64,000 bases of DNA from the NCBI GenBank assembly GCA_001662655.1, contig KV460217.1; one strand, given 5' to 3'. Shown piece after piece: positions 1 through 11,384 of this stretch. Within the stretch, counting starts at the first letter, position 1; every line of letters begins with the position of its first letter. The position numbers were made by a program, and so were the translations under genes. The stretch is from Pseudogymnoascus verrucosus. Its lineage: Eukaryota. Below the pieces are notes generated by a model that was given only the letters and a program-made list of their open reading frames with translations, was not told where the DNA came from and made no database searches.

Positions 1-432
1 CTTGTGGTGCGGCTCTGGGGAGCGGTCTTGGATGTCCTGGACCTTCTTTCCCTTGTGATGCGGTTCGGGAGAGCGGTCTTGAATGTCCTGGACCTTCTTT
101 CCCTTGTGATGAGGCTCGGGAGAGCGGTCTTCAAGCTCCTCTTCGTGGCGCGCGGCTGCCTGGACCTTCTTTCCCTTATGATGCGGTTCTGGGGAGCGGT
201 CTTGGACTGCCTGGACCTTCTTTCCCTTGTGGTGAGGCTCGGGAGAGCGGTCTTGAATGTCCTGGGCCTTCTTTCCCTTGTGATGCGGNNNNNNNNNNNN
301 NNNNNNNNNNNNNNNNNNNNNNNNNNNNNNNNNNNNNNNNNNNNNNNNNNNNNNNNNNNNNNCCTTCTTTCCCTTGTGATGCGGTTCTGGGGAGCGGTCT
401 TGAACTGCTTGGACCTTCTTTCCCTTGTGGTG
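1..432 (-). repeat. Coding tandem repeat, 51-bp unit (one 72-bp variant), containing a 74-N assembly gap
   Basis: CCTTCTTTCCCTT(G/A)TG recurs at ~51-nt period on the + strand. True copy number is unknown because of the gap and the window edge. Confidence 0.95.
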
Positions 433-665
433 ACGGGCCTCCAAGTCAATGGCTACACCGCGAGCGATAACTGCACCACCGCCCTGTGAGGTGTTAGTAT
501 TTGTTGGATGAATGAGATCAAGTTCAGTTGTAGATGAGGTAATTATGAAGGATGAAGAAGACATACAATATGACGTCTAGCTAAGCCACCGCTAGCCACA
601 TCCTGTCCGTTGATGAGAGGGGCAAGCGCCAAAAGGCCAAATGCCAAAAGAGTCGAGGTATGCAT
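1..665 (-). CDS. Secreted Kex2-processed repeat protein (KEP), putative RiPP precursor; 3' end runs off the window
   Basis: ATG at 665. Exon 1 (665-567) reads MHTSTLLAFGLLALAPLINGQDVASGGLARRHI (signal peptide plus RR). Intron 566-484 is GTATGT...CTAAC...CAG. Exon 2 reads GGGAVIARGVAIDLEAR, then 17-aa repeats HHKGKK(V/A)Q(A/D)(V/I)QDRSPEP, one with the longer spacer VQAAARHEEELEDR. Eight cores are visible (last one partial), interrupted by an N gap at 289-362. Confidence 0.9.
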
Positions 666-2116
666 GCTGAATAAATATAAACGAAAGGCTGGCCAGCAGC
701 TTTGAGCGAATAAGAAGAGAGGGAATGGAAGGGAAAAGAGAAGCGAAAAGAACAAAGCACAAGCGTCAAGCTGATGGAGAGAGAATTCAGATGAGAGCAC
801 GAATACAAGAGCAGATTTGAGTCCTTTATGACTGATTCCTTGGCCCGCGTAGACTGGATGTCGATGGGATGAGAAAACACGCTAAGTCTTCGCGAGGCGC
901 TCTGGGGAAGGGGAAAGGGAGGTTGTTCGGGCCATGGTGGAGTTCATGATAGTCTCAGAAGGTGTTCCAAGACCGTTGCACCAGGTGCCCAAGCGTTGAT
1001 GTCTCTTTTTGAGAGTATTCCCAGTATGTTCGTAGTGGCATTCTCGCATGGGTGAGAAATGCCGCAGTCTATCATGGCCCGTCGAGGAAAGATGAGCCGC
1101 AAGCGACAGACCTCGCCTGTGTTCCAGGCCAGGGCGGGTTTCGCCATGGCGTCGAGAAAGCTTGAGTGCCCTATAAACAGCAGTCACGAGTGATACAGAT
1201 CGGCCAGACCCCACTGTCTGCCGCCAGCCGTTGGTGGGATAAATGATGGGGTTCAAACAAACCAGCGCCGAGACAACTCACGTCGGCGCGTGGTGCCAAG
1301 ATGCCATCCAATGGAGGGTTATCTGCTGGCTGGAGCAGTTTCACAGTCCGGGGAAAGTTTCCTGGGTCTGTATAGAGAATAGCCCGTATGGGAGAGCCCG
1401 TATGTGGAGCGATGTACGAAGTAGCATGGTTTGGTGATGTTTGAGCCCGCCGCGCATAGACTTTCCCCACCCTTCTCCACCAAGTGTCGGAGTTCCAGTA
1501 TCAGAATCCCAGGGCGACGGTGATTGAGGCTCTCATAAAGATAAAAAATGGATTTTTGTGCTCTTTGTGCTTTTTATGAATTTTGCGATTGGTGGAAAAG
1601 GAGACATTGCAAGGTAGCTGCGACGCGACTTGTCTTGGTATCGCTTAATTGTGAGGAAAGGGGATCTCCAAGGGACTTGGCTCCGAAACATCTGGAGCAT
1701 CATCGACCACAACGTCAAACCAAGAGGCGACGCAATTGCTCAAATAGGACAATTTCCGATGCGCAAAGGGCCTATTGTGGTTCTACTCTGATATATTTCG
1801 GTATATTCTGGTATATACTCCAACGAACATGATACAGGACTCCCCTGGAACTCGGTGCCGTCGTAACCGCCATCCCTGATGCTTGAGCAGTGGCATCACG
1901 AGGTAGGCGTCTGAGTGCTAAGCATCTGCGATTTCCCTTGACCATGTCCAATCCCCCCCGCTGGAAATATTGAATATCTCCAAGTTGACCTTCATTTCTA
2001 TTGTTGTTTGCTGTTGTGTTTCCTTTATCTCCTTCTTTTCCCTTCCACCAAAGCCTTCAACCAGAGCTGGATCTCTACGTGCTTGTTCTATTCTTGTATA
2101 ATTTTGTTTTTTGAAT

Positions 2117-3139
2117 ATGGCTTCTGTGAAATACTACCCGGTGTCGCTGGCCGACGAGAAGGAATCATACTCGCCCTCAGACACATCCTCCACGACGCTC
2201 CTTCCCTATGAAGAGGACCACAGAATCACCGAGAGGCGGCAGCTCAAGTCGGTACTACAGTCGAAATGGCTCCTGTTAGCACACGCGCTATTTTTCTTAT
2301 TCTCGCTGGCTATCTTCTTACGGGGCATCACCTTCTCAGCGCCAACAACTGCGAAGTTTGTGAAGGAGTTCTCGGAATACTGTGAGTGCTGGTCAACTTT
2401 GTTCCCCTCGAGTGCCCAGGCTGACTGTATATAGCTCCCGCGGCCCATGTGATAGAATATGAAGACATGAAGTTCAACGGCAGCATGTATGCTACATCGG
2501 CGTACATTGGCAAAGGTCCTGAAGTCGACGCTGCTTGGGATGTCATCTCATATAATGGTACGCTTCATATAGGACATGTCCATTCCTCGATAAATCCCAT
2601 CACTACACCCTTACTTCATCGATATTTTAGCCTTCATTCTAGAAAGCATCAAACTGACACTCGCACAGTCGGCGACCAGATGATTTCCGCCGCCGAGCTC
2701 CGCAAAATCGATAAGCCAACCACCGTCCTCAAAGTGACAGACCCCCGTACAGGCATCGAAGGCTACCGCGTCGGCCTCGAAGTCTTCCACCAGCTTCACT
2801 GCCTTAATCTGCTCCGCCAGGCTACCCATATTGACTACTATGGGGGCCGCGGTGGAGACTTTTCGGAAGGGATTGATGGCCTACGGATGCATCTCGGTTT
2901 GTGCTCCCTACAATACCAACGTCGGAAATTGGTAGCTGCTTGCTAACGTGCCGACAGATCACTGCCTAGAGATGTTGCGCATGAACCTAATGTGCCAGAG
3001 CGATGTTGGGCTCATTACGTTCGAGATGACGGATGAGGGCATCTGGCCCGACTTCAGCACGTGGCACACGTGTCGTAAGTTCGATAATGTGCTTGACTGG
3101 GCGATGGAGAATGCGGTAGCGAACGATGACCCGATGTAA
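2117..3139 (+). CDS. DUF3328 / UstYa-like oxidase
   Basis: Four exons (2117-2381, 2435-2557, 2669-2896, 2958-3139) with canonical GT-AG introns. N-terminal TM helix (WLLLAHALFFLFSLAIFL), G..PEVDAAW motif, FHQLHCLNLLR, and after splicing HLDHCLEMLRMNLMCQSD (two HxxHC motifs), then PDFSTWHTCRKFD. Confidence 0.95.
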
Positions 3140-3293
3140 TATTCCGGGTTTCGTAGAATTGAACAATAATAAGTCATATTTGACAGACTACTATTAATAT
3201 TGATGGGGGTCTTGCCAAAGAGGGTATTATGAAACTGTGCCCGATATCGCCAGATAAAGGTAAGTCGTCCAAGTTGCTTCCGACAACCTCTTC

Positions 3294-4392
3294 TCAATCC
3301 ACAAACACGTCGCCCCTCTCAATCGTCTCAAAGGCCTTCATGGTATGCTCCCACACCTTATCCCCCAATCCCTTCAGTCCCCATTCTCGATAAAACTTCT
3401 CGCTCCCTTTACATACCTCTCCATTCCAATTCACCGCATACACCCTACCGCCAATCAGTCCATTCACCCCCGTCGCCACCTCTTCCTCCACCACTGGCAC
3501 CATAGTGCCCGCCTCCCCATCTCCACCCGCTCTCCCTCGAAACATCGCCGACGTAGACATAAACAAGTTCCTCTCCCCCGACTCCTTCAGATCCAGCAGA
3601 AACGGTGTCAGCAGCGGAAGCACCACCCAGTGAAACAGCCACTTAACGAATGGCGAGAACCTGGCGTGCTCGAACTCCGGCGTCTTCACAAGTCCGGGGT
3701 GAACGTGTAGGCAGCTCAACGATGGGTTCTCTGCGGCGATATGCAAAAAGGAGAAGGTGATCATGAAGATGGCGTGGGAAAGGTGGTTTAGCACGCTGTG
3801 ATGGGCGCGGAGGGAGAGGTCGTCGGGGTAGACGCCTCGCTCGTGGTTTGGTGCTAAGACGGAGACGGCACGGGGGGAGGGGGCGCGCTGGAGGAGGGGG
3901 AGGAGGAGAGTGAGGAGGCGGATGCGGGAGTAGTAGCGAAGAACCATGAGAGCATCTAGGCCTTCGGGTGTTTCTAGAGAGGGGTTAATATGGATTCTGG
4001 AGATGGGTGGGGTCGAAGGCGGCTTCGCACTTACCTCTCCTGCCTTCAAAAGTGATATATCCATGGGTCATAAATAGCAAATCGAGCTTCCCACCCTCCT
4101 CCCTCTTTAGTATCTCCGCACACACTGTATCCACATTCTTCAATAGCGACAAGTCCGCGCTGAGGAAGACGAATGTCCCTTCCGGACAAATCTCGAGGCA
4201 GTCCGCGATGATAGCCGCGGCGCGCGGTTCGCTGCGGCCAATAATGTAGACACGAGGCGCGGTGCTGTTACCGGCAAGGGCGCGAAGGGCAGATTCACCG
4301 AGGCCGCTGGTGGCGCCGGCGAAGACGGCGGTGATGGGGGGGAGAGTGCGGAGGTGGGCGTTTGAGGCGCGGACGGTGGAGAGGGGGATCAT
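3294..4392 (-). CDS. Short-chain dehydrogenase/reductase (atypical fungal SDR)
   Basis: Starts MIPLSTVRASN with Rossmann motif AVFAGATSGLG. Intron 4034-3974 joins ...FEGRR to ETPEGLDALMVLRYYSR. HVHPGLVKT motif present. Confidence 0.88.
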
Positions 4393-5792
4393 AGTAGCAA
4401 TACGAGGTTCAGTGATTATGGAAGGAATGTCACCTCGATAATTATAGATGATTAGAAATATTTTATTGTTGATTGTGAGTGGTCGTGTATGTCGATGCGC
4501 GCGCGTTGCGAGAAAAGTAAGGGTGGCGACTATCACTTGAGGCGGGGTAGTCAACAGTGACGCGGATAAATATCGTGATAGGTCAAGACACTGATACTTG
4601 AATACTCTCATACTGTTGCATGCATATCCATAGGATATCAACGTTGTAAATTGTAAAATTTTAGTTATAATATATTTATGTGCATTTTCCAAGTTGAAAA
4701 TTAATTATTTAGTAAACGTCTATAAGTAAATTAAAATATATTCTTTAAACTTTTATTTAATATCCGTTCAGTAAATCTTCCTTTATTTAGTGCAGCAGTA
4801 GATCAATTATAATACAAACTTCATCTACTTATTATAAGAACATAGGCATATTTCACAATTTATTACAAATGAAGCCTTCCTTAGATGGTGGTAACTGTAG
4901 CAACATTCTTTGCTTGGCAATATATTTGTTTCTTGCCTTATATATTAGGAAATATCACGTGATTTAGGTGACGGCTATCGTAACTATCGACTATCGCCAA
5001 TTCGAGGCCAGCGCAACAACCATTTAAAGTTAAACATCGACACTCAAACCCGCGATCCTTCGTTCCTGACCATAACGCAAATCTAATAGACTATGGGTTC
5101 ATTATAACCACTCTTTTATGCTGGTCAGAAAATCTTACCTAGGCGCTATCTGAATTACGCTAAAGCTGTCTATTTGCGTGGTTCGTAGCGGCGCTGGTGG
5201 ATTGATCCAGGGAAACTTTAATCAGGTGAGTTTGATATGAAGCTTAGCAACGTTTTATATACCATAGCCCGAGCTCAGATTTTCTTCATCAAATGAGCAA
5301 CTAGTGTTGCCCATTTATTTATGCATATTCACCTCATTTGTTACCGATCTACGATCTACGCTACATTCTTCTTATTTGTACAGCTTCCACGTTTTGTTGG
5401 CTTCACAGTAGAGTCATATTGAACTCAAGGCTCTTCTGCAATAAATCTGCTTTCAAACATCTTCTGTGGCTAGATCACCTGTCAAGTGGCTGCGGATTGT
5501 TGGCATGTTGCTTCATCTCATACAACACCTACAGCTAAAGAACACTGTTGGCTGCGATTCTCAAGGTCTATTTCTTGCTGGTCTATTTTCGTTAGGAGAT
5601 AAAATTACTGTACTAACTCGTCCATAGACTACCCTAAACTCACTGTATCTGACACGGTGCTCTCATAATTACTTGCCTTCATCCTCGGCCCCTTTCGTCG
5701 GTGTTGCAGATGAATTGTGAGCTACAACCTGTCGCGTCGGGAATTCCTCTGGTTCGGGTATCCATCCAAGAACCGGCAAATTCTAGCCGAAT

Positions 5793-8320
5793 ATGGTGAT
5801 GATGGATTCTGCACATGGCAACGATGTTGTCATGGCTGAGAGCGTTGTGGAAAATGGCGGGAATGGATTTATCGACCCGAGGGATATGCACATCATCGAG
5901 CATGGCCTCACCGAGAATGGCGACGGCATTGGGCAACTAAATTTTGAAGAAGAAGAAGAAGATGCTGCAGATATGTCAGATATTTCTGAACATTCAGTGG
6001 ATTCGCAGGCCTTAACGTTTACCGGGCGAAAGAAACACCTGCCCACTGGATGTTGCTACGACGACCGGATGAAGTTACATGCAAATGCTGATTTCTCCGT
6101 TGATCCGCCGCACCCCGAGGATCCAAGGAGGATACAATCAATAATGAGGGCATTCAAGGAAGCAAAACTCGTTTATACTGGCCCGGAAGAGAACCTTGCA
6201 GGAATCTTGAAGAATTCGCCAACCGCGTATATGTATCGAATTGCAGCGAGGGGCGCCACGCCAGCAGAGATCTGCACGGTTCATACGCCACTGCATTTCA
6301 AGTGGGTTTCTGACCTCTCTGGCATGTCATCGGATGAGCTGCGCGCTATGAGCAAGGCCCTGGACACAGGGCGAAAGTCGCTATATGTTGGGAATTACAC
6401 TTATGAAGCCGCACTGATTGCCGCTGGTGGTGCTATTGAGACCTGCAAGAACGTTGTGGCGGGCACGGTCAAGAACGCAATTGCTGTTATTCGACCTCCT
6501 GGACATCACGCCGAGAGTGATGAGGCTTTGGGATTCTGTATGTTTAACAACGTTCCCGTTGCGGCACGTGTTTGCCAGGCCGACTTCCCTGATACCTGTC
6601 GAAAAGTCCTGATTCTTGATTGGGACGTACACCACGGCAACGGAATTCAGAATATATTCTACGACGACCCGAATGTTCTATATATATCACTCCACGTGTA
6701 CAAAGACGGAACTTTCTACCCCGGCTTCCCTGATGACCCATCAGTGCCTGATGGAGGGCTAGGAAACGTTGGTGCTGGCCCCGGCTCTGGGAGAAATGTG
6801 AACATCCCGTGGCACGCGCAGGGCATGGGTGACGGTGAGTACCTCGGCGCCTTCCAGAAAATCGTTATGCCCATCGCCCAGGAATTTAACCCAGACCTTG
6901 TCATCGTCGCTGCTGGCTTTGACGCCGCGGACGGCGATGAGCTGGGCAGCTGCTTTGTTTCGCCTGCGTGTTACGCGCACATGACCCATATGTTGATGTC
7001 GCTTGCTGGCGGAAAAGTAGCCGTCTGTCTCGAGGGCGGGTACAATCTCAAAGCGATCTCGCGGTCTGCTTTGGCCGTGGCGAAAACATTGATGGGAGAG
7101 CCGCCGGACCGCATTGAGTTGCCGCCGATCAACAAGGAGGCGCTGAAGATCCTGCATCGAGTTAAGGAAGCCCATGCGCCGTTCTGGGAGTGCATGCAGC
7201 CGGGGAAGATTAATGTGAAAGAAGAGGAAGACGCGGATGGGGCGAGGTTTAACGCTGTTATCCGCGCATATCAATATAAGGTCCTCCGAGAGAAGTACAA
7301 GATGGTCGATATGTACGTTACGAGGGATAAACTGGCCAAGGGGCTGGAGTACCAGGTGCTGATCACGAGCGAGTTTCCGGCGGCAAAGAAGATTCTTCTT
7401 ATCGTTCACGATCCGTAAGTTGTGTATGTCAAGATTCCGAAAGCATGCTGATGATTGTCACAGACCTGAACTCCTGGCTATTTCTGATCCCATCGACTAC
7501 TCCGTTGAGCCACATAATTCGCGGATGGTAAATTCTACTGCTTCTACTGGAGTCTGTGTCCGTGGAACTAACTTGCCATAGAACGACGGTGTAATGGCCT
7601 ACATTGACTGGGCCTACAACAACGGCTACGCGGTCATTGACGTCAATATGCCCATGCACATCGAAGACACAGACGTTTGTCTCCCACACCAGCTAGTCCC
7701 ATCCATAAAGCTGACATAAGTAGGCGAACATTGAAGAAGAAGGATTTATCGAGCGCCCAACCGAGATGGTGCATCGCGAGCGCATGAAGGAGCTCATGTG
7801 CTACCTATGGGATAACTATCTTGAACTCCACGATTCGGAGCACGTCGTGCTTATGGGTGTTGGAGATTCCTACAGTGCTGTTAGAGAACTGCTTGTGAAT
7901 AGAGGTAAGGTTTTTTTTTTGTTTCTGTTATTTGGTTTTGGTTTCGCGGGCCCTGGGATACTTTCAAACGCTCCCCTGGATCATCCCTCCTCCCCTCCAA
8001 ATGTCCACACACTAACTCTACTCCCAGAGTCCAAGCACAAAGTTCCCCTCGTCGTATCCTTTGTCTCTGGCTCCCTGCGACCCGTTCGCAGCGAGACAGA
8101 CGCCAGTCTTGCGCACTGGTACAAGAAGCATTCCCGCGTGTATGTAGCAGCCGATCACCTGTGCTGGACGGATCCGGAGTTGGAGCGGAAAGTGACGAAG
8201 AGCCGGTTCGGGCGCGTCGTGAAGAGCGGAGAAGAGGGGCTGAACAATATGCTCCGGGCGCATTTGCCAGAGGTAGTGGGGTTGTTGGGGAGTGTGGGCG
8301 AGGAGGGTGAAGAGGAATAG
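5793..8320 (+). CDS. HDA1: Class II histone deacetylase (Hda1/Clr3/HdaA) with C-terminal Arb2-like region
   Basis: HPEDPRRI, RPPGHHA, GFCMFNNV, LDWDVHHGNG, GFDAADGD and LEGGYNL motifs. Several small 3' exons after a donor at 7415. Start codon uncertain. Confidence 0.95.
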
Positions 8321-8829
8321 GGCGATTCGGGGGCGAAGATTTGAGATGAGAGGGAGAGTACGTCGCTTCAGTGGGGCATGATGGGACTGTATTCAATGCT
8401 GCCGTATAAATATAAACGGGCCTTTGGCAGTCTTTGGCAGTAATATATAGTCTGCTATACATATATACACAAAGCTTCTATTCACGTGGATAAAGCCTGG
8501 AAATTTCTGGAAATAAGATATCAATATATTAGAGTGGAAGAGAGGTTGGAGGTGGGGTCGGTAAGGGTGCAGAACTGCAACAGCTCTTTTCATTTGATAT
8601 ATAATAGTGACTGAGCGCTAGCTATTATTCTAGTACGTTTAGACAGGTTCTAATTCTCTTTTCTATACTGCTTCTCATTTCTTACGAACGATACTTCAAG
8701 TAACGTTATGTGCTAAGATTTTATATAAATTGCATATTTTGTTCTAACTATATATCCCGTTGCTGCATCGCCTCGGCCTCTGCGTACTTGCCCTGCGGGC
8801 GAAGCAATGATGCGAGGTTGTTCATGCTG

Positions 8830-9372
8830 CTAGGCGTGTGTAGGTGGTCCTTCCTCCACTTGTTCCTGACCTTCCTGCACCAGGACAACCTCTTCCCAAA
8901 CATATCGCTCTCCTTCAGTGACATCCACCGACGCAGCTCTGGTGTACAAAGAATCGGCGCCAGAATTGCTTGACTCTGTTTCCCGAGCGAAGGAAAGATT
9001 TCGATACCGATTCGTGCGTGCGGCTACATTGAATTCATCCATTTCCCTTTCAAACCGAATCCTGTCTCGAGTCTCCATGCGTTGCTCCGTCTCAAACCGA
9101 GTCCTGTCTCGAGCCTCCATGTGTCGACTAATGACACATTGTGCCCAGCCGACGCCTAGAGCGGCCAATCCTACAGGGACTACAACCACGGCCACTATAA
9201 GCGTTCCCAACCCCAGGTCCGGTGTGTCCCGTTTAGCAATGGCTGCATAGTGAGGTCCTCCGCCCTGGCCGTCTGCCGCGTAGCCGTTTCCGTTGGCTGG
9301 GTCAAATCCTTCTACGCGGCGGATCGCTATGTTAAGTTCTCCGTTGAGATGTGCAGCATGTTCGTCTGCCAT
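8830..9372 (-). CDS. Hypothetical single-pass membrane protein
   Basis: Open frame with a hydrophobic stretch (LGTLIVAVVVVPVGLAALGVGWA) and an internal 14-aa duplication (MEARDRTRFETEQR/METRDRIRFEREM). A small upstream exon is possible (GTAAGT donor near 9456). Confidence 0.5.
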   Translation of the reverse strand: MADEHAAHLNGELNIAIRRVEGFDPANGNGYAADGQGGGPHYAAIAKRDTPDLGLGTLIVAVVVVPVGLAALGVGWAQCVISRHMEARDRTRFETEQRMETRDRIRFEREMDEFNVAARTNRYRNLSFARETESSNSGADSLYTRAASVDVTEGERYVWEEVVLVQEGQEQVEEGPPTHA

Positions 9373-9596
9373 GTTCACACTGCTGAAGTGATCGAGCAAA
9401 AGCTCGCTCGAGTCTGAACATTCAGTTTCATGAATAGCTCCGTGTATGCACACTTACCCGCTTTGAGAGTATGATACATTAAAACGTTTGCGAGATTACA
9501 CTTTACTACTGTGCCAATACTGTAACCAAGAGTCTTGATGTGTAGGACCCATTTGTCCACGGGTACCGAGGTATAAATAGGAGGGGAAGGGTGGCA

Positions 9597-9697
9597 CTCC
9601 ACGTGACGTGCAAGTCAGTCAGTCCAGCGACGAGCGAGTCAGTCGTGCAGCAAGCGAGTCAGTCGTGCGGCTGGACTGACTCGCACGTCACGTGGAG
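9597..9697. repeat. ~28-bp imperfect inverted repeat enclosing two 16-bp direct repeats
   Basis: CTCCACGTGACGTGC..AGTCAGTCCAGC pairs with GCTGGACTGACT.GCACGTCACGTGGAG. The loop holds AGCGAGTCAGTCGTGC twice. Confidence 0.85.
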
Positions 9698-11384
9698 CTT
9701 TGAAATCACCAGTCCACTTTCGCAAGCTGGCCACGCAACCCACCGAGTCAATAAAGTGAGGACTAGGACCGGTTTTTAGTGCGCTGCATTAGATGGTTGG
9801 GGGGGAATTCAATTGACTGACTCTACTGCGGATATACGGTTCTTCTGAGCTCTCATTGTTCTGCGCCTAAAGAGTGCGAAGCGTAATTTGACCGAACGTG
9901 TGGATCCCGACTAAATTGGCCGTAACCGAGCCAAATTTGCAACACATGGCGCCAAGAAGACGGGATGACGGTGGTGGTGTTGTCGGCGCGGTTGCTCGTT
10001 TAGTTGTGATGGCGCTTAGGATGGGTAAAAAGGGCATGGGTAGTATTACATATAGCACTCGACATGAGGATAAGTGTTACATACGACCATAGACTCAAGA
10101 GAATTGGGCATCCCGTCCGCTCTGCCATACACAAGCTTGAGATCGGTGGATTAGTAGTTGGGTGGGTGACCACCAGCGAATACCCACTGTTGTATGTTTT
10201 TGTCATTTTTTTGTCATTTTTTTTGTCTCCTTATAAAAATTTTGCCTCGCCCTGGACAGCTAGGAATAGATGCTCCCGTTGTCGAGAACGAACAAGAGGA
10301 GGGGTAGCGACAGCGGCACCAACAATGGGACACCTTTAGCAACGCATAACACCAAATCAGTATCGTCGACTGGGACCGGGTAGACCCTTTTCTGTTTACT
10401 CCTCTCGAGACTAGGCGGTAATTCGGCTCATGATATGATCGTGCAATCTGTGATCGGTAATGGTGACTGTACATGCGATACTTTGCGGCGGGGATGGTGG
10501 GGAATGATGGAATGGCGTTTACCAAGCTTGCGGGGTTGGGGGCGTCAGATGGCAGTGACAGCGGGTGAGAGAAGCTGTGGGCTGGTGGATGTGGAAGGAA
10601 AAGGGGGGCAGTTACTGTGGGACTGCCATAGGATGGCAGTGCTTATACTTGAAAGGAATGTGATGTTGCATCTAACCCCAGCACAGAAACTGTAATTGAT
10701 TGATAGGCCTTTTCTCCACAAGAGCCTACAGCTATAACTCTAGGAAATAGATGCTATAATCGAGCTACTTTTCTTTAGATCTGACATTTGTAACTCAGGA
10801 AAACAGATGCTATGATCGGCGAGAATATGGACGAGATTGGTGCAGCCATAGGTTCGGTGTAATTAGTCGCGAACCCCGGAATGCGGGTTAACTTGCGGGG
10901 TAACCATGACATATCTGGGCAGATCAATGTAAGATCTCTGAATCCATTTAACCTCAAGCTACTCTTTCTAGAAAGGGATTTAATTGCCCGTTTCTTGCCA
11001 ACAGCAACGTGGGGAAGCGGGGAAATCGGAACCAACCTAGTTTTCAGAGCCATTGCCGAAGCCTGTTATACGAGAGAGCAATGCGACATGCACTATCAGA
11101 CTCCTTTGACTCGGGAGAAAGACAAACGAGACCGGGTCGAAGAAAGAGTAATAAGAAGCACTTTCGTACTCATTCTCTTTGATAATTGTTGGCGACGGTT
11201 CATTCGTGGAATTTCTAGTTTTTATCTCACTATTTTGCCGTCTCTGTAGCACCTCTGAGAAGCACCAGCCTACGCTTGTTGAGCATATGCTCTAAGTGAT
11301 GAGTATTTATCAAAGCTTTCTTCTAAGGTCATGCCTTTCATGTTCCATCCTTCTGTGTTTACTTGCAGTGACAGCAAGCAGTAA

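Noticed and set aside
1..432. CRISPR-like appearance of the regular repeats
   Set aside because: Eukaryotic context, no unique spacers, unit length is a multiple of 3 and codes for peptide, no cas genes.
4..489. 161-aa + strand Leu/Val-rich repeat ORF
   Set aside because: Antisense shadow of the minus-strand precursor, which has an ATG, a signal peptide and a canonical intron.
9867..11252. Short ORFs upstream of the GH2 gene, including a faint ISIVDWDR phosphotransferase-like word near 10355
   Set aside because: No coherent frame or splice model; too little signal to call a gene or pseudogene.
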